Positions 38,695 through 45,646 of a stretch of 64,000 nucleotides of DNA are shown in pieces. The stretch covers positions 14,103 to 78,102 of the forward strand of contig JAXLZM010000002.1 of assembly GCA_046350855.1 (NCBI GenBank), read 5' to 3'. The position numbers were made by a program, and so were the translations under genes. The stretch's first letter is position 1. Every line of letters begins with the position of its first letter. The notes under the pieces are model-generated. The model was not told the DNA's origin, made no database searches, and was given only the letters and a program-made list of their open reading frames with translations. Origin of the DNA: Candidatus Anderseniibacteriota bacterium (GTDB lineage: Bacteria > Patescibacteriota > JAUYIX01).

Positions 38695-40384
38695 GCCCAG
38701 TTTGAACTAAAGCCGCGCCGGTCTTAGTACCAGAGCTTATATCGCTTGTCGCACGCGGGGCCACGACGACCTGCTCGCCTGAGCGCAAGACGATCCCGCT
38801 GACCGTGACCAGACTGCCTTTTTTGGGAGCGGCTGCGCTAATACCCGTAGTTTTACGAACAGAAACGAGCGTGCTCTTTTGGTTAGCACTCGCGGTAGCA
38901 CGCGCTACTCTAAAAGATTTACCGCTCCGGGAACTGACCTGTCCTTGCAAGCGTACCGCCTGTCCAAGCAGACTTTCGTCCACTCCACCCGGTTGCACCA
39001 CGCGGTAGCTGACTTTGGCCCTACCGGTCACTACCAAGCTAGTCGCGAGTATCCGCGGCTGGTGAGCGTAGCTTTCGAGTTTGCCCACGATCGTGACCGT
39101 ATCGCCTATGGCCGCCCGCGTCTCGGAGGAGACTTTGGCGAGTGCGGCACCGCTCGGGTCGGAGAGGTGCAGAGTATCTGTATAAAACGTCCCGCGGGCG
39201 GCACTCACTACGCCTTGGACGCTCACTAGGGTACCCTCGGCCTCTGAGGCGAGATCCGCCAAGTGCGGGATCTCGGTTGCGTTCTCCTCAGTCTCCTGGA
39301 CAGCCTCTGGGGCTGCCTCCTCACCCGTCTCATCAGTCGCATCCTGCGCATCACTCGATTGGGGGCTAGCGGGTTCATCCAAGATGTTATGCGCACCGGG
39401 CGTTGGTGCAACCGTCCAGGCAAACCCCTCCTCAAAAGCTGCCCAACTTTGGTCACTGATCGCATTGGTATAGGTGGTTTTGTCGAGCACGCTAGCCGGC
39501 GTGGGTAGCTGCCAGAGTAGCTCAACCGTGTCGCCGTCGTTATTGAGGGAGAGGCCGGTCGTGGGCTTAGTCAACGCGGTGTAGCTGCCTGCCGCAAGCG
39601 AACCACTCAAACGCACCGTTTTGCCGGAGGCGTCCCGCAGAGCCAGGGTACTCAGATCGAGGGCTTGCGGACTTGCGTTGTAGAGCTCCACAAATTCCTG
39701 GGCGCTACTGGGATTAGGCAAAAGCTCTGAGAGTATTACTTGAGGCGCAGTAGGAGGGGGAGCCTGGTGGACCAGCCACCCCAGTGACCGACTCGCACCC
39801 GGAGCTAACTCGGTCAAGCCCGTCGGCCCCAGTTCACGGGCCAGGGTGACTTCGCTGCCGGGGTCGCTCGACCAGGCATATAAATCGCAGTTTGTCCCGT
39901 CGGGCGCTACAATACCGGCTGCGTCACTCGTATTGGCCAGAGACAAATTCCCTGTACTCGTTTTGAGGAGCAGGATGCCATCGCTCGAATCGGATTGCAG
40001 AATTTCCGCGTTGTATTCACCGGCGTAGTCTTTATCGAGCACTAACCCAACTTGCCCCGGTGCGAGCAGTAAGCCGCTGGCCCCAAACTGCAAGCTCGTC
40101 CCAAACTCCACTAAACTCTGTTGTAGGTTGGAGCCATCGATAAAGTGGTACTTCGTCAGATCGACCGGAGTAGCCCCGCTGTTATAGAGCTCTAACAGTT
40201 CGCCCGTGTTCTCGTTGAGGGCATTGGGCAAAATCTCGCTTAAGCGGATGGGACAGGTGGTCAAACCGCCAGGGCTACTTGGACCGAGGGCCAGGGCGGC
40301 CAGCGGCGGGGCGGCGGCCAGTAGGCTGAGTGTGAGGCTAAGGAGGCTGTGCACTGCAAGGCGCCGATAGAGAGAGTGGTTCAT
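38546..40384 (-). CDS. Secreted protein with two lamin-tail domains, OB folds and LPxTG-like sorting signal
   Basis: LSEILPN...ELYN twice, LNNDGDTV, PTPGAHN; LVQTG + hydrophobic stretch + basic tail. Confidence 0.8.
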   Translation of the reverse strand: MNHSLYRRLAVHSLLSLTLSLLAAAPPLAALALGPSSPGGLTTCPIRLSEILPNALNENTGELLELYNSGATPVDLTKYHFIDGSNLQQSLVEFGTSLQFGASGLLLAPGQVGLVLDKDYAGEYNAEILQSDSSDGILLLKTSTGNLSLANTSDAAGIVAPDGTNCDLYAWSSDPGSEVTLARELGPTGLTELAPGASRSLGWLVHQAPPPTAPQVILSELLPNPSSAQEFVELYNASPQALDLSTLALRDASGKTVRLSGSLAAGSYTALTKPTTGLSLNNDGDTVELLWQLPTPASVLDKTTYTNAISDQSWAAFEEGFAWTVAPTPGAHNILDEPASPQSSDAQDATDETGEEAAPEAVQETEENATEIPHLADLASEAEGTLVSVQGVVSAARGTFYTDTLHLSDPSGAALAKVSSETRAAIGDTVTIVGKLESYAHQPRILATSLVVTGRAKVSYRVVQPGGVDESLLGQAVRLQGQVSSRSGKSFRVARATASANQKSTLVSVRKTTGISAAAPKKGSLVTVSGIVLRSGEQVVVAPRATSDISSGTKTGAALVQTGPNLGHLLEWATLAAAVLLGGWRGAPYLARALRRAARWGRSKSSLGHAAR

Positions 40385-40484
40385 GTGGACCACTCTAGTG
40401 GCCGATACCTTAAAAAAAGATTAGACTTGCCTTAAGAAAAGCTAAAAAACGGCCCACGCTGGCCGAACTTCTCCACTTTCCCCA

Positions 40485-40685
40485 ATGAAACCTTCCACTT
40501 TTATTGCCACGCTCATTGGCGCCCTCATCATCGGGGGCGGTATTGCCGCTTTGCTGCTCGTTGTAGGTAACGCTCAGACCCAAATTGTCATCCCGGAGAA
40601 AACCTGCACGGTCTCGGATCTCGACCAAGACGGCGACTGTATCGCCGGGGATCTTGATTTTTATCCCTACGACCCGTTGCGGTAA
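40485..40685 (+). CDS. Small membrane-anchored protein with D-x-D-x-D-G-D (Ca-binding-like) motif
   Basis: N-terminal TM; DLDQDGD...DFYPYDP resembles TSP3-like repeats. Confidence 0.65.
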   Translation: MKPSTFIATLIGALIIGGGIAALLLVVGNAQTQIVIPEKTCTVSDLDQDGDCIAGDLDFYPYDPLR

Positions 40686-40702
40686 CGCCGCTCAGCCCTC
40701 AA

Positions 40703-41329
40703 TTAGTCGATATCGGGGAGGCGTTGGCCGAGCCGCTGGATTTGCTGATCGGTAATCGGCTGACCGGTGCGCACCGCACCGCTAATCTCACGTTTGGTGC
40801 GTTCTTCCAGCTCGGTCTGACGGTCGATAATGTGTTTTTCTACCTCGTAGGGTTTTGGAATATACCTAAACTCGAGCAGCTCGGTCGTACCGGCGGTCTG
40901 CACAAAAATCGTGCCGTAACCCAAAAACGTCGCTAAAATTCCTTTGACGCGACTTTGTACGTCCTGCACGGTCGACAAATCCAACTCCGTAATCTGCCGG
41001 TTGAACAAACTACGCTGTTTAATCTGTACGATCCGTTCATTAGTCAAAATCCAAATGTCGAGGTAGTAGTCGATAAACTTGACGTACATAAAGAGCCAGG
41101 CCATGAGGAGCACGATGCCACTGACCGTCACCAACACCAGGCGCGGAATCCCACGGGTAAAGTCGATCGGTGCTACGCGTAAAATCACAAAGAGCGCGGC
41201 GAGATAGGCTGCCACCATGAGCACTACAAACACGGTCGAGGCCAAAATCTGGATCCAGTGCCGTCGCGTAAAAATCAAGACTTGCTCGTCGCTGCGCTGG
41301 CCAGGAAAGAGTGCGGTAGGTTCGTGCAT
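40703..41329 (-). CDS. Bacterial PH-domain membrane protein
   Basis: RRHW, 2 TMs, WILTNERIV, VQDV, LGYGTIFVQTAG. Confidence 0.85.
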   Translation of the reverse strand: MHEPTALFPGQRSDEQVLIFTRRHWIQILASTVFVVLMVAAYLAALFVILRVAPIDFTRGIPRLVLVTVSGIVLLMAWLFMYVKFIDYYLDIWILTNERIVQIKQRSLFNRQITELDLSTVQDVQSRVKGILATFLGYGTIFVQTAGTTELLEFRYIPKPYEVEKHIIDRQTELEERTKREISGAVRTGQPITDQQIQRLGQRLPDID

Positions 41330-41330
41330 G

Positions 41331-41549
41331 TTAAAAAATTCCTAAATAAATAACCGTAAAGGCTACCAACACCACACTCCCTGCCAAAAAAATGATCAGA
41401 GCGGGATAGGTCAACTTGTCGCCTTTAAAGCCGTACTTGATGGCGTGGTAGATGGCAAAAAATCCGTAGAGCAGATAAAAAACTAAAAAAGCCCCAAAAA
41501 TAATCGTGAGGATGAGGCGCACGGTATCGATGGTAAAAAAATCGCTCAT
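41331..41549 (-). CDS. Small 2-TM hypothetical protein
   Basis: 72 aa hydrophobic ORF tightly packed between ruvB and PH gene. Confidence 0.75.
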   Translation of the reverse strand: MSDFFTIDTVRLILTIIFGAFLVFYLLYGFFAIYHAIKYGFKGDKLTYPALIIFLAGSVVLVAFTVIYLGIF

Positions 41550-41561
41550 GGGGCTGGGGCT

Positions 41562-42617
41562 TTAGGTCAGTTTGAGTTGGGCGGTGGCGGGTGGGGTCAG
41601 GCCGAGTTGAGTATACGCTTTTTGAGTCGCCACGCGACCCCGGTGAGTGCGATCGATAAACCCTGCTTGAATGAGGTAGGGTTCGACCACGTCGAGCAGG
41701 GTGTTCTCGTCTTCGCCTAGGTTGGCAGCGATAGCGTTGAGTCCGACCGGGCCGCCGTTAAAGCGCTCGATCACCGTACGGAGAAGGGCCTGATCGAGGC
41801 TGTCTAAGCCGGCTTGGTCGACCCCCAATTGATCGAGGGCAGCCTGCGCCACGGAGTTACTGATACTCGTCTCACCCGCCACTTCCGCAAAGTCGCGCAC
41901 ACGTTTGAGGAGACGGTTGGCAATGCGCGGGGTAAGTCGTGCCCGCGCGGCCAAGATTTGGATCGCGGCTGGTTGGATCTCGATCTTAAGGATTTTGGCC
42001 GACCGTGCGATAATCTCGGCGATATCTGCCACTTGGTAAAAGTTGAGCCGGTAGCTGGCACCAAAGCGATCACGTAAGGGGCCCGAGAGCATACCTAGGC
42101 GGGTGGTCGCGCCGATGATCGTAAACTTGGGGAGGTCGAGCCGCAGCGAGCGCGCCCCAGGGCCTTTGCCGACGACCAAGTCTAAAGCATAGTCCTCCAT
42201 AGCTGGATACAGCACTTCTTCTACCGTCCGGTGCAGCCGGTGAATCTCGTCGATAAATAAAATGTCGCGTTCCTTAAGGTTGGTCAGCATGGCGGCGAGA
42301 TCGCCCTGTCGCTCGATGGCTGGCCCACTGGTCACCACCAACTGCACCCCCATCTCGGCTGCAATAATGTGCGCTAAGGTCGTTTTGCCCAACCCCGGTG
42401 GCCCCGAGAGTAAGACGTGCTCGATTGGTTCGTTGCGTTTTTTGGCCGCCGCTAAAAAGACCTGCAAGTTTTTTTTGAGGTCGGCTTGGCCGATAAATTC
42501 ACCCAGCCGTTTAGGTCGCAAGCTCAACTCCAATTTGGCCTCAGAGCGCTTAACTTGGGGCTCCGAGACCCGCTCGCTCATGACCCCCTTAGTAACGCTG
42601 GTTCGTTCGATTGCCAT
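41562..42617 (-). CDS. ruvB: Holliday junction helicase RuvB
   Basis: [44 protein letters not shown]; start set at ATG 6 nt after TATACT. Confidence 0.97.
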   Translation of the reverse strand: MAIERTSVTKGVMSERVSEPQVKRSEAKLELSLRPKRLGEFIGQADLKKNLQVFLAAAKKRNEPIEHVLLSGPPGLGKTTLAHIIAAEMGVQLVVTSGPAIERQGDLAAMLTNLKERDILFIDEIHRLHRTVEEVLYPAMEDYALDLVVGKGPGARSLRLDLPKFTIIGATTRLGMLSGPLRDRFGASYRLNFYQVADIAEIIARSAKILKIEIQPAAIQILAARARLTPRIANRLLKRVRDFAEVAGETSISNSVAQAALDQLGVDQAGLDSLDQALLRTVIERFNGGPVGLNAIAANLGEDENTLLDVVEPYLIQAGFIDRTHRGRVATQKAYTQLGLTPPATAQLKLT

Positions 42618-42688
42618 AGATCCAGTATATCCGTAGTTTGGATGAACCCAAAACTTGACCCCCAGAGGCCAATCTTGCACTCTGGTCT

Positions 42689-43020
42689 TGTTCAGCAGGA
42701 CGACCGGCAGGGGTAGTGGTGCGAGGTCGTGTCCGTTTTGCGGAGCAGTTCGTTACCGTATGCCGACCGAAGCTCAGGTACATCGGTTGGTGAGTAAGGT
42801 GCCTGGTTTTTTTGGCAGTATGTGTCACGAGGGTGGCACGGAGCAAGTAGCGTCTCCGCTCCCGCAGCACCGATGGTTCACTCGCGATTTTTCGCGGGCA
42901 CCTCCGGTCGAAGGTCCTGGAGAGGAGTCTCACGCCGTTGGATGACGCCCCCCAAGGGTCTTGTCGTACCAGGGTCATTTACTGACCTACCCCCGTCATT
43001 CCAACTCCTTTGGTTGAACA
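42689..43020 (+). ncRNA. Candidate structured ncRNA associated with the reverse transcriptase
   Basis: Promoter-like TTGACC-17-CACTCT (42655-42683); nested long-range helices plus many hairpins with G-U pairs favouring the + strand; ends 38 nt before RT start. Confidence 0.65.
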
Positions 43021-43057
43021 TTAACAATACGCCCCGTTCGCAAGTAGGAGGCACTGT

Positions 43058-44131
43058 ATGTCGATGCTGCAGCTGCCTTTGCCGGGCAGCGAAAAGTTTT
43101 TTCCTGAGACTGACTTTGATCGAGCTCGTGTTGAGCATTACGTCGGCCAGATCGAGCCGACCTTGCGACCCTGCCAGATCCAGCCAAGTGTGGTCGTGGA
43201 GATTCTCTGCAACCCAACTCCCTTTTGGAAACGCACCATAAAGGTGGACCACGTAAAGTGCAAGACGCGCATCTGCTGGTCTCCCCTGGTACAACTGCGC
43301 AAGATCCAACGAGCCTTGCTCTTGCAACTGCGATTGCCGAAAGGGTTTCCATCTATGGCGTTTGAACCTGCAGATTCGATCATCTGGAACGCGCGTTGTC
43401 ACATCGGTAACAAAGCCAGTTTGATGGTCGATCTCAAAAATGCCTACGAGTCGATCAAAACCAAGCATGTGCAGCGCTACCTCAGGCGAGAACAATACTG
43501 CAGTAAGGCCGAGGCTTGGGTGATCGCGCGGCTCATAACCTATCGAGGTCTCTTGCGTATGGGAGCGCCCATCTCCGGATGGATCTTTAACGCCATGTTG
43601 TACCGTTTTGACCAAGAGGTACTTACGGTGTTTGGAGCACCGACGATAGCGATGCGGCATGATGACGAGTCCAGTGTCAGTCTGTTCTACAAAGCTGGTA
43701 GAAAGCCGCGCCCCCACAGTCATGGGATCGTGTACACGCGCTATGCGGACAACCTCTGCATTTCTGTACCAGGTACGTGGGTGAGAGGGATCACCGAAAA
43801 CATGCTTGAAAAAGTCCTTGCACGTCATCATCTCACGCTCAACCCCGACAAAACGGTACATGGGCACAATGGTCGCTTGTTCTTTCCTGGCATTGAGCTA
43901 TCTGACAACAAGATCTATCCCAACATGGACTACCTTTCTTGGTTTGCCTATCAGTTCCACTTAAAGCAGTTACTGCCTCAGCAGCTCATGGGGCACCTCT
44001 GCTACCAGCGTATGTTTGGTGACAGCGTCTACCAGGATCTTCGGCAAGCGTTTCCGACGCCAGGAGGTGAGGACGCTTTAGCTGAACTACCGATGTACTG
44101 GCAGATGGAAGATCCGTATGAAAACTGCTGA
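43058..44131 (+). CDS. Retron-like reverse transcriptase with YADN motif
   Basis: LRKIQR, NARCH (retron NAxxH), VDLKNAYESI, LRMGAPISG, YTRYADNLCIS, LNPDKT, FPGIEL; AGGAGG SD. Confidence 0.9.
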   Translation: MSMLQLPLPGSEKFFPETDFDRARVEHYVGQIEPTLRPCQIQPSVVVEILCNPTPFWKRTIKVDHVKCKTRICWSPLVQLRKIQRALLLQLRLPKGFPSMAFEPADSIIWNARCHIGNKASLMVDLKNAYESIKTKHVQRYLRREQYCSKAEAWVIARLITYRGLLRMGAPISGWIFNAMLYRFDQEVLTVFGAPTIAMRHDDESSVSLFYKAGRKPRPHSHGIVYTRYADNLCISVPGTWVRGITENMLEKVLARHHLTLNPDKTVHGHNGRLFFPGIELSDNKIYPNMDYLSWFAYQFHLKQLLPQQLMGHLCYQRMFGDSVYQDLRQAFPTPGGEDALAELPMYWQMEDPYENC

Positions 44132-44132
44132 C

Positions 44133-44167
44133 AAGCTCGATTCCTTGCGAGGGATCGAGCTTTTTTG
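44133..44167 (+). terminator. Intrinsic terminator after RT
   Basis: AAGCTCGATTCC...GGGATCGAGCTT followed by T tract. Confidence 0.85.
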
Positions 44168-44202
44168 TAGCTTCTACCTGCCACGTATAAAGGAGGCCCG
44201 AC

Positions 44203-44802
44203 GTGCCGCTCATTAAGAATATCCAGTCCTGCCTGATTAACGGTGTTCGTCTCATCGAACTCAACCTCTTTGCCGACGAGCGCGGGCACTTTGCCCTGCT
44301 GTTCTCCCGACAAGAGATGCGTAAGGCCAAGCTCAAGCCCTACCGTTTTTGCTACTTTGCCGAGTCGAGTTCTAAGCAGGGGGTCGTGCGGGCCTTTCAT
44401 ATCGCGCGCTACACCAAGTACATCCACATCACCTGGGGATGTGCCCATGCCGCGATCATGGACTGCCGGCTGTACTCCCCAACCTTTGGTCAGATCGTCA
44501 CATTTACCCTGGACGAACACAACGTCCTGATCCTGCCGCCCAATTGCGGTAACGGGTTCCAGGCCCTCACGCCGACCGTCAAGTATCTGTATGCCGCGAC
44601 CGGGTACTGGACCCCGACCGCCGAGAGAGGTGTCTCATACCAAGAGCATCGGTGGCCACTCCCCCCGATCGTTTCGGAGCGTGATCGCAACTACCTGCCT
44701 TTTGTTGAGGCCTACCGCAAAGAGATCGAGCGCCGTATGCGCTCCCGCAAGAGTACTTTGATCATCGTTCGCAAGGCTCTCAGTGAGAGTTCCGTGGCAT
44801 GA
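44203..44802 (+). CDS. RmlC-like cupin (dTDP-4-dehydrorhamnose 3,5-epimerase family), orphan
   Basis: FADERGHF, SKQGVVRAFH, DCRLYSPTFG, LPPNCGNGFQAL, WPLPPIVSERD; AAGGAGG SD before GTG. Confidence 0.85.
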   Translation: MPLIKNIQSCLINGVRLIELNLFADERGHFALLFSRQEMRKAKLKPYRFCYFAESSSKQGVVRAFHIARYTKYIHITWGCAHAAIMDCRLYSPTFGQIVTFTLDEHNVLILPPNCGNGFQALTPTVKYLYAATGYWTPTAERGVSYQEHRWPLPPIVSERDRNYLPFVEAYRKEIERRMRSRKSTLIIVRKALSESSVA

Positions 44803-44805
44803 GAG

Positions 44806-44834
44806 TTGACAAAAACCCCGTATCCTGCTAGGAT
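44806..44834 (+). promoter_or_regulatory. Strong sigma70-type promoter
   Basis: TTGACA-17-TAGGAT with TGn extension. Confidence 0.8.
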
Positions 44835-44840
44835 GCGGCG

Positions 44841-45046
44841 TTCTTTTCTATACACAAAAGGAAACACGCGACACTTTCCCCACGTGGCACGTGCGCCTTT
44901 GTATTTCGCCGATTTGGACCCCTAAGCAATCAACGGTGGGAAAAAATAAGGATGAGGTGGCCCGTAGGCTTGCCCTACGCTCCTGCTCCCTCACCCCTTG
45001 ATTTTCTTGCTTTGCTTAGGGCTCCCAGTCGGTGATCCAGTACAAA
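44841..45046 (+). ncRNA. Candidate structured leader / ncRNA (long imperfect rod)
   Basis: TTTGTA/TACAAA, TCGCCGATT/AGTCGGTGA, CCCTAAGCAA/TTGCTTAGGG, CGTAGG/CCTACG nested pairings. Confidence 0.55.
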
Positions 45047-45058
45047 CAAGGAGCGGCC

Positions 45059-45352
45059 ATGATCAAGGACATCAACAAGATTGGTAAAGTGTTGGTCAAG
45101 CGCCAGGGCGACAAGCTGGAGATCAAGTTACTCAGCATCGACAATCGTTCGATCGACTGGGCACGTGATCCCATCGAGATCGATTCGGAGGAACAGCTCG
45201 CGCAATTTCTCCAGATCCTGGGCCTCATGCTCTACTCGAGCGAGCAGACCTTTGTGCGGACCCACGCGGACAACGGCAACACCGTCTACATCAATCGCGT
45301 GCACGCCAGGGGCTACTACAGTCCCCACGAGCTCCGCCTCATGCTAGTCTAG
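45059..45352 (+). CDS. Hypothetical protein (97 aa)
   Basis: AAGGAG SD, regular codon usage. Confidence 0.75.
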   Translation: MIKDINKIGKVLVKRQGDKLEIKLLSIDNRSIDWARDPIEIDSEEQLAQFLQILGLMLYSSEQTFVRTHADNGNTVYINRVHARGYYSPHELRLMLV

Positions 45353-45392
45353 ACTCTCGGACACCACGGATAACCAAGGAGGTTCCTACCGG

Positions 45393-45584
45393 ATGAACAA
45401 AGCCGACAAACTCTTCTTCGAGCACCTCAATGCCATGGAGATGGTCGTGACCGGCGAGGTCAAGGCGCTTCACGACGAACGCGGTCCCCTCATCGAGCCG
45501 CGAGTGCAGCACCTCAAGGACCAGCTCGAACACATCCACGAGCTGCGTGCCATGCGTGAGAACAAGGACTACAAGCAGACCTAA
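45393..45584 (+). CDS. Small helical hypothetical protein (63 aa)
   Basis: AAGGAGGT SD; followed by terminator. Confidence 0.7.
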   Translation: MNKADKLFFEHLNAMEMVVTGEVKALHDERGPLIEPRVQHLKDQLEHIHELRAMRENKDYKQT

Positions 45585-45612
45585 CGCGACATCGTCGCCA
45601 CTCTCTGTTATC

Positions 45613-45646
45613 GGCCCATGGCTAACCGCCCTGGGCCTTTTTCTTT
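45613..45646 (+). terminator. Intrinsic terminator
   Basis: GGCCCATGG...CCCTGGGCC + TTTTTCTTT. Confidence 0.75.

Noticed and set aside
42655-43867. ORFs 42655-42945 (+), 42822-43241 (+) and 42878-43867 (-)
   Set aside because: No SD, one starts on the putative -35 hexamer, the long one is the antisense shadow of the RT; RNA structure explains the region better.
42719-44170. Group II intron interpretation (GTGCG at 42719, RT downstream)
   Set aside because: No domain V/VI after the ORF, only a terminator hairpin with T tract; RT has NAxxH and no evident maturase domain.
43058-45646. Diversity-generating retroelement
   Set aside because: No SQ motif in the RT, no avd-like gene and no TR/VR repeat pair seen by eye.
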